Part shown: positions 36,401-50,200 of the stretch, in pieces | How the letters are laid out: each line of letters begins with the position of its first letter | Numbering within the stretch: position 1 is the first letter of the stretch | Assembly (NCBI GenBank): GCA_002633005.1 | Contig: NMRA01000139.1 | Location: 496,001-560,000, forward strand | DNA from: Phoronis australis | Taxonomy: Eukaryota > Animalia > Phoronida | Direction: 5' to 3' | DNA length: 64,000 nucleotides | The notes under the pieces: generated by a model | The model's input: the letters and a program-made list of their open reading frames with translations, nothing else | What the model was told of the DNA's origin: nothing | Databases searched by the model: none | Made by a program: the position numbers and the translations under genes

Positions 36401-37864
36401 AGTCGTTGTTGGTGTCGTAGTCGTTGTTGGTGTCGTTGTGGTTGTTGGTGTCGTAGTCGTTGTTGGTGTCGTAGTGGTTGTTGGTGTCGTAGTGGTTGTT
36501 GGTGTCGTAGTCGTTGTTGGTGTCGTAGCCGTTGTTGGTGTTGTAGACGAAACCGTTGTTGACGCTGTGTTTACTTCTCGTTTGAGCAAACGCCTTATTC
36601 TCAGCAAACTGATGATGCCTCTGCTGACGAATTAGGAATATTTATTAAATTTTGTTGGCATTTCATCATTATACATTCGTGCAAAACTTGTTCACCATTT
36701 TACGGATAATAAAACTCGATGCGTGCGCGTCTCGGAGTACGTATGTTTCAGCCTCAGGGTACGATACCTCGGCCTCTAATCCAGAAGGTGTAGCGCAAGC
36801 ATTCGACTGGCATTTGGGTAGACTGGACTGCTGATTGCTCTGCTCGAAACATTACTATAACAAAGTTATACATATCTCTATAGATCGCACATCTGCGCCC
36901 ACTGGCGGTGCTGTTCGGATGACCGTAATCACGGCACGCAGTCCTATGTTTAACTCACGCTCTCTATAGAATGTCAAATCCCAGACTACATTAAAATGGG
37001 TAACATTTTCTGCTTGTAACATACATTATGCACGTGCATGTACGGTGGCTGGGAAAGGATTTACAAGTTTAGCGTCCGATTGACTCGACCGCCCGACTTA
37101 TTTGTCGAGAGCCTGTTATAACTCGGGAGCTTGGGTTAGGAAAAATAAATTTCCGTATCCTTTCCCGTACGCACGTGGATGGATTTGGGGACCGTATTCA
37201 CGATCAACTTTCATGGCTGAGCCTGTCGTTGAAGTACCTCAGTTCTGGACTCATGGCACGAAGTGCAAAACGGTTACTGCCAAAGGGAGGCGGCGCGACA
37301 CCCATAGCGACCGGCGGCACGTGCAAGGAAGAGGGAGCAAAGGTGGTGACAGTTCTGGGAAGCGGCGCGAAAGGGTGGCGACTGGTCTTTGACGACACCG
37401 TTTTATTCCGCACATACAGGCGTCTGAGTACATTGTAATGCAACAAAGAATATTTGTGTTATTCTTACACCAGGATTTAAGGCTATTTAGTTGGGACCTG
37501 GGGGTAATATTATAGTCCTAGGTTGGGGCAGACGGCTCAGGGATACTCGTCCAAAGAGTCTGTAATCCGAAAATTCACAGGTCGTAATATTTTTCTTCGC
37601 ATTTTTTAAACCCAATTCACGATCCCGTATTGGATCGTAGTCCTGTAGGATGCATAATGTCCTCAGGTATACTGTGGTAGTAAGAGTCTAAGTTTCATAG
37701 GACCTGCAGTTCGAAAAAACACCTCGGACTAACAGATCCCGCGTCGGACCACGAATGGTAAAACAGATAACATGTATGCAAATATACCTTCGTCGTGTCT
37801 GAGTGTACGGCGGGAAGCAAAGGAAATAAAAGACCGCTATCAGTTGAAAGAATTTTCGTTTCAT
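30455..37864 (-). CDS. Secreted mucin-like protein with a C-terminal divergent discoidin (F5/8 type C) domain, ~914 aa
   Basis: Phase-consistent model: 37864-37788 (signal-peptide-like MKRKFFQLIAVFYFLCFPPYTQT), 37423-37238, 36623-34472 (PTTTTT repeats, Thr/Ser-rich, basic block, AVAVEFREHVILHSILLK), 32124-32002 (GLDIG...VNKFVLEIKRMDGLWQHLYYKGRVK), 30661-30455 (IFNV...LPYDVTTKGIRIYPEDWTITPYLKLGFMGC). The IRIYPxxW...LxLxxxGC ending is characteristic of discoidin domains. The 5' exons are less certain. Confidence 0.7.
32845..33210. repeat. Repeat with short palindromic (cctatagga-type) arrays at both ends
   Basis: Clusters of ~11-12-bp cctatagga/ccaatagga units at 32845-32970 and 33135-33210. 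Confidence 0.6.
36374..36545 (-). repeat. 18-bp coding tandem repeat (PTTTTT) x~9
   Basis: Repeated gttgttggtgtcgtagtc units. Confidence 0.9.
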
Positions 37865-39439
37865 TTTGCCTGCGACCCGAGAGCCTGAGCGTTGCACAGA
37901 GCAAAAGTAATGGAAGTCGTCACTACCTTATGACGTATGTGTGACATTGCATGACGGTGACATCCCGTTGCTCCCAACTTGTTCGATTGTATAGCCCAAC
38001 AACAAGTTGGGAAGTTTACCCCCCGTAGCCAATTAACTCCATTCTGGCGTTGATGGTTGGAGGGCCTGCGCTCTTTTGTTTAATAATTGCTCTAATCTCC
38101 GATCAGATCGTGTCTACCTGACTGGGGTGGGCTGATAAAAATGAAAGTTAAGTGAAGCCTGGGTTAAGCCAGATATTATCGTACGTTCAGCACCCCTCAC
38201 GTCTGGAAAATTTCTGAACGACAGGACGCTGAAATGGGTCCCGATCTTTAATATTCTGAAGAGACCTACACAATCGTGTATTGATTGGTACTTTTCTAAT
38301 GTTTTCAAAATGACACTGTGTAGGCTTTCATGTTTTGTAAGATGATGTGAGCTCGATATTGTTACATGTATTTGTTGAAGCTTGGTACTCAAACCAGTAA
38401 TATGCTGACACCAGCCAACCGTTTTATTTGATCGATCAATGCGAACATTAAACGCAGGAAGGCATGCCTGTCTGCTAAAAGCAATTCCACGAAGAACAGT
38501 TGCATATTCCGTAGACAAAAGAAACTCTTTGAGAAAAAGCAAGATAATGCGGGACACCATGGGACTGAAAATCCAGTAACTCGCAGGGAGTATGGTCTCT
38601 GGTAAAAGGGCGGCCACTGTAGATGTCGGGAAAAGATCAACCAATACAACGTGCCAATCTGAACAATTTATGTTATTTGTGTCGGTGTAAATAGGCCAAT
38701 AGATTTTAAAAATAATCGTCTCTGGTGTGTAAATTTGAATTATATTACATAATTCACTGTTTCCATTCCACAAGGGAACATGTCTCGCCGCATGTGCTTA
38801 ACGATTGTCTTTCGTCAGCGGAACACAACCGACGCAACCATCGAACGTTAACGCCATTACGTTTCGTCCTCTCAAATACACAAAAAAAAATAAAAATCGA
38901 ATTAGAACGTTCACACTCATGAAAACGGTCACGTGATATTCCTTACAGTAATAGTATCACATTTCCTGTACTATCAAGAGCATCGAAACCATCAATGACT
39001 CAAGAAATCACCCCAGACTTTATTGAATTTCGCCAACCTTAAGTAGCAAATTCGAAAATAGCGCATCAGCAAAGACAGTATCTTTGGGATCATTACGCAT
39101 TCCTTGTGACTCGAGTCAGTAACGAACACGGAATCCCCTTACGGTAACGAGTATTCTGAGACCGATTTAATGACAATTAAAGGCCCAATTCGATTTCGTT
39201 TATTTATCCAAATAAATAGGCGAAATGCAGCCTTAAAAGAGACTTCAATAATTGGGCCTTTGACCGAGTCCTAATTTCCCTCAATTTTCACGTGATAATA
39301 CCCGAGACTAGAAAATTTATACATGTGAACCTGTTTCTCGCCTGAAAAGATACGCAGGTGAACCTGTTTCTCGCGTGATTTATACATTCACTTATCTGTT
39401 ACTTTTCTTATGTCTTCACAGCTTAGAGAGAACAGCCTC

Positions 39440-39590
39440 CCGTTCAGTAACGCTAGGACCTCGCTAAAAAGCAATACTTCGCGAGATTACGTGAGATATT
39501 GCCGTGCATTTTAAATGAGAACACGTGACTTTGACTAGGTCTTAGCTAGGTCCTAGCGTAGGTCCTAGCGTCTACTGAACGCACACCTGG
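39440..39590. repeat. MITE-like repeat; inverted relative at 42412-42537, end fragment at ~57395-57415
   Basis: Ends cgttcagtaacgctaggacct / aggtcctagcgtctactgaacg are inverted. Internal ttcgcgagattacgtgagatattgccgtgcattttaaatgagaa is mirrored at 42450-42505. Confidence 0.7.
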
Positions 39591-40395
39591 TTTTTGTGTT
39601 TGTTGTATTTAAACCATTGTTTACTCAACGCACTTTCGTACTTTCACTAGCATATCTTGAAGAAATGCACCTATAGTACTGCAGTAAATGAAAGTCAACA
39701 GAAGATTAAATTTAAAAAGATTTAGCTAACTGATTATATAATTATATTAAAGTTGTCACTGTACTCGACTGCCGAGTCTTGTTTTCGTTGTACTTCAAAA
39801 GTTGGAGGAAATATTTTTCATTACTTGAATTTTCTAAAAAGTTCTTGAAAATTTTAGTTTTCAAAATTTTTAAAGCTCTGAAAACTTAAGTTTTCATTGG
39901 GTACTAGGCTTACACGCCACTGTTGACTACTTATTACATGTACGTAAATGGAGGGGGGTGAGGCAGCTATAAAAGATTGGTTGAAGTCTATGCTGCTCGA
40001 CAACTACCAACCCTCTGCATTACATACACATCTGTGGGTTTCATTGAATGTAGGCACACCAGCGAAGTCAGTGGAACGGTCAGTGTAGAGTTATTATAAA
40101 TCAACTGAGTGTTAGATCAGGGTCAGCAAACAGCTGTACAGAAATTTCAGGTACCGTATGTAAGTGTCCTCAACCATATATTTGAAGTATCTGAAGTCGA
40201 ATACCAGTGTAGAGGTCGAAGACGAATTTCAGTCGTACCTTGACCTTGTATCACATTTGTTTAATCTATTGTATGCAGATTTAATACACTTTATGATCAT
40301 GAGAAAAAAAGTTTTCTTAGTGATGTCAATTGGCCATGTGAGATATCTGATATTGATTATCAGGACCTGTTAGTGGATTTTAGCGAAATGGGTTA

Positions 40396-40792
40396 CCGGG
40401 AATTTCCGAAAATAGGCCCTATGGCGGATATTCGAAAATGACTTTTCAAAAACGTCAAAATAAACCGAATATACGCGAGGGCATATATTCTAGTAGTAGG
40501 GGCGTATTTTAAGAAACTGTGCTATTAAAACTGTCCTCCATACTGAGCCAATACCGTTAGTAACCGAAAAATAACCCAATATCTCGTTCAGTGAGCTACA
40601 TGTAATGCCAAGTGAAACCGTTATCATAGAGGAAGAATGTCTTGTCAAAATAAAGCAAAATTTTACGTCATACGTATTTCAGAACAATCCGTCAGATTTT
40701 CATAATATGTGAACAGTTATCGAAAATATACGTCCATAAACGTACTCATGGAAAGTTTTTGGAAATTGCAGCCTATTTTCGGAAATTCCCGG
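40396..40792. mobile_element. MITE, ~400 bp, perfect TIRs with TA flanks
   Basis: TA|ccgggaatttccgaaaataggc ... gcctattttcggaaattcccgg|TA. Confidence 0.85.
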
Positions 40793-42873
40793 TAACAACG
40801 GATTTATGTTGATGAATGTGATTGTATTTTAAGTACATACTGGGCCTCTATCACTTGATGGACTCGGGAACGACCCGACTCGTTTTTGTCTGTACTTACA
40901 TAATTGAAGAGACGTGAGAACCCCCGGTAGTAGCGACCGTTCGGATAAATAACCGCCTGCATAATACCCGAACACGGTCGAGGTTAGCCAGGACAAGGTA
41001 GGTGGTTCTTTTGAGTGTTCTAACTGACTAGTATTCACCCAGAGCAGTGGCTTAGAGATAAGACTTTGAAGCCGAACTTTGAATCCTCGGTGTGAGGTTT
41101 TGTTTTCACGAGCAAAATGTGCACTGAATGAAACAACAAAAACAACGGATGTACCACTGCCCCGGGCCACTGCCGGCACCAAGAGTCCGAGCCATTCAAT
41201 GGCAGTCTTTGGGCCCAACCGCCGTTGTAACTAACACGCGTAGGGTATTATGCTTGTCCATGGATATCTGTCCACTGGTCATAATTCACAAGAGGCTAGA
41301 ATGAGGCAGCTATAAGGGGGTTTCCGGTGTTTGATGCCAAATTACATTTACTACTTTGCAACGAGAGCAAGGCCAACAGTTTGAACGATGTGCTATAGTG
41401 CCTATGTGTTACACTGCCTAGCGAAAGTTATTTTCGTCGGCCTCATGCCTGGAATGTCAGACGTGTGGGTTATAGTTTCCACCAATGCACAGGCCGCGCT
41501 GTTAGGTACCACGATAAGCCACTAAGGCCAGCGATTGTTTGAGGTTTTCTGCTTGACTGAGATCAACTTAAGTGAGCGTTAGGTTTAAACAATTGTAGCG
41601 CCATTGTGAAGTGTCCAAAGCAACAAGGATGGACAAGCGGAAAATTGGTTGCTGTATCTCTGGCCAAATGGCGGCAATGCTACATACATAAATTGCTTGC
41701 GTGAAAGTTTTAGTACGAAGAAAAACCAGAGGCGAAAATCAGTTATCTACGTGGGCGGGTGAATTACATAGTAAATTATGCACTTATTTTGATTATTATA
41801 CATAAAGTGACAGAATTATTGTGAATTAATTAACGTCGTGGGCGTACGGTGACCTCCAGGTCACTGCAACCAGTTGTACCGTGTTGGTTATGATTGACAG
41901 TTTTTCAAACAAGGTGTTCAAACTGTATGGAATGTGCTACCTTCATAGGTGTTACGTAAAATACCTGGATTATAAAAGAACCACCCTCTTTTCTATCATT
42001 CACAAATATTCACATTCCCAAACTGTAGATATCTGCACTTATGCTGCCCTCAGATATATCAAACAGTCTATCTGAGTGCTGCCACAGTAAAAAAGTCTCC
42101 CACCCCTTAGCAAATTGTTTCCATTCCACTGTCTAACTCGATCAAAAGAGACGCTCAGCCGGTTTCAAAGCAAACGGTCACATGAGTTTGACGTAACTCT
42201 CGATGGGCGCGGCAAATGATGTAACCTGATCAGGACAGAATTCAGTAACCCTAAGACCAGTGCTGCAAATTAGAGGTAAGTAGGCTCTCAAAGCCCACCG
42301 TATCACATTGAGCACTTACGGTGTGTAGGCGCTAAGTTCAAATTCCAAAAGGTGGTTGGCTGCGCCTACTGTACGTATATGCGCCTACGCCCCACTCACT
42401 ACAGCACTGGCTAAGACCTAAGCTAGGACCTCGCGAAAATCTTGCAAAAATCACGTATTCTCATTTAAAATACACGGCAATAGCTCACGTAATATCGCGA
42501 AGTCTTAATTTTTAGCGAAGTCCTAGCCTTTCTGAACTCTACCAGGAGAGATTGTCGAAAATCAGAATTGTCTATAACTACCGGTATTTATTGCAAACGG
42601 ACTACGCAAATCAATCCATTCATGGCGAAAAACTCATAAAACATTTAAGTACCGTTTGCTTGCATTTCAACTACCAAAAGTAATCAACGAGGACGCAGAC
42701 GATCGTAAACACTCGAGGCGCGTGCTTCAAGGTCTGGCCTGCCCATTTTTGCCGAACAATTCCGACTCCCGTCTGTTTACTTCTCAGTAAGCGCCTGTTT
42801 GATATGTGTTGCTCCCTAGTGGTAAATGCATTGATTTCACATCACAAATGAAAAAAGTGAACTAAAGTATGCG

Positions 42874-43150
42874 ATGCGCACACTCAGCCCAAAATATAGG
42901 GGGGCTCGCATTTTTCGGTAGACCTTTTACTGGAAGAAATCAACGAGGACTAAAAAAAAAAAATAAACGGAGCCACTAGGTTCAAGCCCACGAATTGTGC
43001 ATCCGCGCCGACTTCCCCTGGATTTTGTGGACTTTTGTCTCGTTTACCCGGACTTTTTGTTTCACTGAGGCTGACCTTTTTTCCCAATTCGCCAAATTGG
43101 GGAGCTCATTCAAGCCCCCCCACCGAGCCCTCCCCCTCGGTGCGCCCATG
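42874..43150. repeat. MITE-like repeat, same family as 3100-3364
   Basis: Co-linear similarity and inverted ends atgcgcacactc / ggtgcgcccatg. Confidence 0.7.
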
Positions 43151-44270
43151 CTATGGTCTGTGGAAAGTAAATCAAGCAGTCAGACAGTGTTCCAAAACAG
43201 ATGTACTTTATAAGGCTACTGCTAATAGTAAAGAAACTGATATGGCTTGTGCCCATCATTAGGGGGGTAATCTTACATAACAACTGTCTCACGCACACTG
43301 AGGTTTCAATATTTTATGACACAAAGTTCAGAGACGTCTCTTCGTTATCCAAAATTTGTTTTACCCACTCGCTGCGCATATCACGCATCCACGGCTGTTT
43401 GTCCAGTTATCAAACTTTTTCTCGGCAGAGTTGCAGCCCAAAGCACATCAGAAAAACTTTGTTAGGATTGAAAAGACGAATAGAGTAATGCCGCCGAGAA
43501 AAAAATGCAAAGAATCAGACAACAACAAATAAAGTGGAATTCCATTGACACAAAAACGAGGCAGCAAATATGCCTCACGGATGTTTGCGGCATTGTCAGT
43601 GGGTAAATGCAGCGAGATTCTAGTGTTGTAGGGTAAACCGGGACGGTCCTGCTGACCCACACATCAATATCTCACAAAGTAATGTTCACTCATTGGACGA
43701 TATAACTTAAAGATAGTATGTCTCATTAAAACTGTGAATATTTGAGTTTGTAGCAAGCACCACCCTTTGACTTCCTGGCGAACTGTGTGTAGTTTACAAG
43801 TTTAATCAGGAAAAGAAACAATTTGTATATAAATTTCGGTTCTAAGGAAAGCGCCACAACTGATACAATTAAATCAAGTGTGAACATAAAGAAAACCCTA
43901 GTAATTCTAAATATTACGCAATCGTTATTTGATAGTGAAATGAACAAATAATAAAAACTGTTCCTTGTTTCATTAGGGTAACTATTGCACTCATTTACAT
44001 AAACATAATAATAGATTTTAATGGTTAATGGTTCTCAGAAGACCCGGGGTTGTTTTTAAACTAGCACTTCATTTGCATATTCACAATTTAATGAAACATA
44101 GGATCCTTAATATAATAAAAAATTGAATGTCCCTGCGAATCTTTCGTGTTGCTGAAATGTGTTTGCTTTACAAAATGATCCTCATCCCGAGCAATATCAG
44201 CGATGCGTTATGCTGGTGAATATAATTTAAAATCGATAATTTTCATGGTTAAAAAGGTTTGTTTTTTAAG

Positions 44271-47200
44271 ATGACAGCAGTCGTGGAAGCTGGTGCTCCC
44301 AGAATAACTGAGGAAGATGTGAAAATTATGGTTAAGCGACTGTATGGCATGACAGTTGGAGAATTAGAACGGCTGGCCAGTTACGATGACATCAATTATC
44401 ACGTGATTTGCGAGGAGCACGTCAATTCACCAGGATTTGTATTCAAAGTTATTAACGCCTCCGATTCCTGTGCTCCGGGATATCAAGGTAAGTGACTCTA
44501 ACATGGGAACTAGATATTCTTGCTAGCATAATGTTTTTGATTGTTTGGTATTGAGGAGACCCCTATGTAGAATTTTAGCTGAGTTTTACTCGTGACAACC
44601 TAGATGTATTTTTTAAGCCCGCGATTGCGGAAAATTATGTTTTTTCCGTTAACTTCATTACCTAGCACCAAGGTTATTTCTATGGTTTTACGTATGTCGC
44701 CGAAGTCTGTGAATTTAAATGGATTTGGTTTACAGGTGGAAAAACGGTGAATTTGAAAAATTTATGCAAATTAAGGCCGCCATCATAAAAATGTCCTTGT
44801 GCTTATGACGAGCATGAAATCTCCACAGGTAAATTATATTGCTATTTTCTCATGTTTCTTTGGTCAATTAATTCAATGAAATCAGGGTGCAGGCTGCTGC
44901 GTGATAAATTTGCATAATTTATCCAAATAATTGCCACCATCATCCAGAAAGTCTGTTTCTATTCGTAACTGCCTTACGGGACAGTTCATGTGAACACCTT
45001 GATATTTGCACCCATGTGTTCGTGGTCAATGAATTTAATGAAGTCAGTTTGGATAATTTATAATTTATGCAAACAGGCTGACATTATCCATTTTGATTGC
45101 TTCCGCTAACAGATACAATTAATGCAGATACAAATCAAAGGATTGTAATTAATTACAAGGCTTCCAGGATTCATGTAATTCACTCTAGTTTTGCCACAGG
45201 TCACTATATTCATCTAATTGCTTAGTCTCATGTCAAGAAAGCATGGAGACAATGTCTGTGTAAAACCTCCAATTTCTAGTTACGATCACCCAAACTCACA
45301 TCAACTATTGCACTGCATTGTTGTTGCTGCCGGAACTTTAACTTGAGTTGTTCTCTTAGTGCTTGACCTTGATAATTAATATTTGACAGATTTTCTCGAT
45401 GCCCAAGATGAAACGATGTCGCTTCTTCGTAACAACGGATACGCCTGTCCAGAACTCGTTAAAACTGTCGGTGGCAGCACGAGAAGTCTTGAGACCATTT
45501 CACGTGATGTAAACGGAGGTAATGATTGGCTTGTCACTCGGTGGACGAGAGTCAATTCTGCTGCAGTGTTGCTCTTATCTAAACTTACGCTAAATCTGGT
45601 CTTCCCAACTGTCCCTATTAAGGTTAAGGGGGTGGTTTCAGTTTAGGCTTGAAGCTCCCGATTTATCGTTGCGATAACTCATCAAATCCTCCCACTCATT
45701 AGTTAAAACAGCTGCCTTTTACGAAACAGGATCTTGAGCAACTCCAACTCCAATTGGATAGTGACGCTCTGTTTAGCTTTTTATGCGCCCACATTTTTAT
45801 ATTTGGTGCATATGGCCGTCTTCTCTGTCTGGGCGTCCGGGCGTCCGGGCGTCCGGGCGTCAGGCGTCGGCTGCTGCATTTTGCTATACCCCATGTTATG
45901 AAATTTGACAGATGTGTTTCTGAGAAGCTGGCCACAGATGACTGAGAGTTTCGGACCGATTCGACTACCGCTCTGCCTCTTAGTGGCAATTTCGTTTTTT
46001 TCCGTTTGTCTCTGTATCTTTGGAGTTCCTTGATAGATTCGTTTTGCGTACAATTTAGCAAATTAGTTCATATTTAAGCGACGATGACACTTTCCCCTTT
46101 TCGGACGCATTTAACGTGTTGTGCGCCACCTGGTTACAAAAAATGAATAGTTTTTTGACAGCCACCTTCCTATCCGCCAAACTGCTGAAAGGATCATTAT
46201 GATAATTGGCAGATGTGTTTCTGATGAGAAGACCGGTCTGAAACTGATACCCGACGGGTTCGACTGCATTGGCGACCCCAAGTGCCAAATTTTGTTTTTT
46301 TTTGCGTCCATGGCTCTATCTCAATTTTTGTAAAATTTGGCAGATATGTACCTATGGAGACGATAACGATTGGCATGAGTTTCAGACCAATGCGGCTGCA
46401 GATTCGTCCATTTTAGTTTTTTACGTTTGCTTCTGCATCTTCTGAGTTCCTTGACGGATTTTCATGAAATTTAGCATATAAGTTTCTATTAAGGAGATGA
46501 TCACGTCTGTTCAGAATTCTTTCTCAAATGGGGCTATTCGGAGAATTCTCCTCGCGGTGTCGCTGCTGTACTAGTGGTGATTGAATTGCGCATGCGTGGC
46601 TGTTTGCATGTAAACAAATGGTAAAAGATGGAATTTTTATCAAAACACGTCGTCGCGCTAAGCCTTATTACTGCTAATTTCCCTGGTGCAAGTCTTCGAC
46701 AGGTGGCCACAAATTCCCAAAAGACCTAAGGTTACTATATTCGTGGACAATTGCGGTCAACAGGGTCAACTAACTGACAAAAAGTGTGTGGATGCTGAAG
46801 CCCCGTGCGTGCGCTATGCAGTTCCATTCGGAGACTACACAACATTACTTGGTAAGTTTTTAGCAATCAGTTTCTATCAACATCGTCCGGTGATGTTATC
46901 CCCACCAGTTACCCCACTGAATAACAGTTTTATTGAGTGGAACTAAGTGTTTCTTTTTGGAAACTCACCCGATGCCGGGTAGGCTAGCAGCACATATTCA
47001 TATTGTCCTGGGTGGGAGTGTTCCCAAAAAATAAGAGGACTAAGAGGTGTATGGTACGTGATGCACAGAAGTCAAGAGTGACTTTTTCACAGCAGTTTCT
47101 CTTCAAAACTATGCTGTTTCCAATAAAATTCTCTAGATGAGTGAGTTTCCTTATTTTATCGTGGACCCCAACCCCAGGACCACCAGCTCAGTTATCGAAT

Positions 47201-50200
47201 TAACATGAATAAGCCTTAATTCAGTAAATGTCGTAACATTGCANNNNNNNNNNNNNNNNNNNNNNNNNNNNNNNNNNNNNNNNNNNNNNNNNNNNNNNNN
47301 NNNNNNNNNNNNNNNNNNNNNNNNNNNNNNNNNNNNNNNNNNNNNNNNNNNNNNNNNNNNNNNNNNNNNNNNNNNNNNNNNNNNNNNNNNNNNNNNNNNN
47401 NNNNNNNNNNNNNNNNNNNNNNNNNNNNNNNNNNNNNNNNNNNNNNNNNNNNNNNNNNNNNNNNNNNNNNNNNNNNNNNNNNNNNNNNNNNNNNNNNNNN
47501 NNNNNNNNNNNNNNNNNNNNNNNNNNNNNNNNNNNNNNNNNNNNNNNNNNNNNNNNNNNNNNNNNNNNNNNNNNNNNNNNNNNNNNNNNNNNNNNNNNNN
47601 NNNNNNNNNNNNNGCCACTGACTTGCACATTGTGCCATGCAGCACTGCTGGTGTGTGGAAGTGCTGTGGGAAGAGAACGGAGTAACAAAGCTTGTCTATG
47701 ATACAGCTTGAAGTGGCCTTAAAATGTCACTGAACCTGGAACAAATATTGAAATATGAATAATTAAGTACTCCAGATTGGATCAAAAATGTTGTCCCTGT
47801 TTTTCAAAAATATATGGTGATTGGTCTACAGTTTCACATAAAAGTAATTACTATTTTCAGAAACCAAGGGTGTATATAATGAGTATTGCATAAAACTGTG
47901 TCTTTATTTTTTATCCCTAGCCATAACAATTCTTTAAACGCATCACTTGTCTGCAAAATATACAAGTTTTTGAGACAACTTCAAACCTATGTTACCCATT
48001 TTCAAGCCTTTTTAATTTTGTTACTTTCAGCAATTTTAAACTCAGATTACAGGTTCATGGGTCTGTCAAGCATACTTCTAGCCTAAGGTTGAGGAAACCG
48101 TTTTTCTTCTAATAGAAGATCTTGTTGGTTAGCTGCAGTCAAATGCTAAAAATCAATTTTTGTCCATTCAGGGACGGTGCAGAAGCGATGCATATCTCCT
48201 CTGCACGGAACAAGCCTTCAAACCTAAAAACCAAAGGTTACGTGAAAACTGAAGTGATAGATTTCCATTTCAACGTGTAATAGATTAACAGAAGACATAT
48301 GATAGGGAGTAAACAAACAGTCTAATACAATGGATATTTATCACTCACGTACCCTTTGCCATTGGGATTGGATTGTAATCTTAACTCAACCTGTATCGAG
48401 TTGACAGCATAAAATTCAGCATTGATTGATGTAACTGTCACTGATAAACTTTTATAAATAATTCCAAACAATAATAATGATTTGATGTACGAAAAGATCC
48501 CGATTGCTACGTCAAGTATCGTATCACATATCACAACATACAAAGATTAACCAGACTCTGGCTGGCGACTGACTGCAGCGAAGTCGACATCGGCGAGTGC
48601 CTCAGTTAACAGGCATCGGTAGAATAATCATGGAATAATCGTTAAAATAATCACAAACCTTACCTATGTATGAGGTCGTGCTTACTTCCTCTCATAGAAG
48701 CACTCTTTTTACGCAATCTCAGATTCAGTTGGCACGGCTGCAAGCCATTTCACCATGTATTTAAAGGGCTCGCGAAATCGAGGCTGTTAATCTATCACCA
48801 CTAGTACACTCACGCCCTCTAGTTATTGCAGATTTTCCGAATAGCCCCATTGTGACGAGTGCTTTCATTGTTTGTTCCGTTCCCCTAGTTTCAGTCCCGG
48901 CCGTTAGGGGAACTACATGTACGATGGTGCGACAGAAGCCTTAGATGTCATATATTTGAGTTGTTCGTAAGGAAGCCGAGGAACCAACGCAAATTTGTCA
49001 AGGCCCTGGCTCACCTGAGGAGGCAGGTGCCTGTGCCTTCTGAGAGGGGAATTTTTCTTGGGTGAGAGGAAAAATCTCCCTTCTCTTCACCAACAATTCC
49101 ACTCCGGTCGCCAACCCTTTTCGGCAGTGCCTCATGTATCCAAGTCTAAACGTTCTGTGCTAATTTCAAATCGCCACCTTATAAGCTGCATGCAGCAGAC
49201 CACGGTGTAGTGTTCGTAATGGTGTTTTGGTATGACAGGAAGTGGAGATTAGGAAGTAGAACCAGCCTTTTGTTTTAGTAGCCATTGTTTTCCTAATAAA
49301 GTCTAAATCAACTATCGTCGTCGTCATCATGAAACAACATTGGCGACGAGGATCTGCTGTAAACTCTCCAGACCCCATCTTGAGCTAGAGTGAGTCAGAA
49401 TGGCTGGAGGTTTGCCTCATTACTCGAGTGTGGTTCCATGTATTGAAACGCCCCTGCCTAGTCCATCTCTGCATTGTGGTTGTGGTCAAGCATGAGCGAC
49501 TTGACTGACGTCGTGGGGCACCAACACGTGGTTAACCATCGTTGCTGATCGCACTGTCCCTTCACTGCTGCAGCAGTCGCGGATCTCAGTGAAATGATTC
49601 CATGCCAAAATCGTTGGCCTCATCCTCGAACTGTTGGCACAGATATTAATTGATATTTAGCAAAATATATACTTACTATAAAACTATAATTCATTACAGA
49701 GTCACAGACGTTTGGTCCATACGTTGTGAGAATGCTGACTTATATTCCTGGTCACGTGCTCAGAGACGTTCCCATCACCGTTTGTCTCCTGCTGGGGATA
49801 GGAGAGTGGTTGGCGGAATTCCACAACTGCACAAAGGCAAGGACAAGTTATTTTTTTCTCTTTTTCATGCTTTCGAGAATTCTTTTTGTCAGGAGTATTC
49901 AACGTGCGAGACTGTTGGCGACGGAGGTAATTTTCTTTGCGGCAATAACCAAATACAGTGTACAGGTACGTCTGCTTGGACTGGATTGGCCAGTTTTCGG
50001 ATGATTAGCATTACGTCACGTGCACTCAGTTTTGTTGCTCATTTTAATTACTTGTAATATTTGAAAAATGAGTACCTGTTTGATCTTTGCCTCTGGCGAT
50101 GCATACACCTGTGTGCAGGCGTATTCAATCAGGCGAGTTTGGAGAGTTTGGAAAGATCAAGCAAGTCTCCCCGAAATATCTGTTTTGCAATCAAAACTCC

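Noticed and set aside
36690-36835. Segment CATPSGLE...ASSF resembling a discoidin N-terminus, suggesting a domain split by the mucin tract
   Set aside because: No convincing phase-compatible splice sites, and the similarity is too short.
38114-38773. 219-aa minus-strand ORF
   Set aside because: No recognisable motifs, it runs into an interspersed repeat, and there is no splice support.
39960-40160. TATA box (tataaaag at 39968) plus downstream donor as a HYKK 5' non-coding exon
   Set aside because: Plausible but cannot be supported without transcript data.
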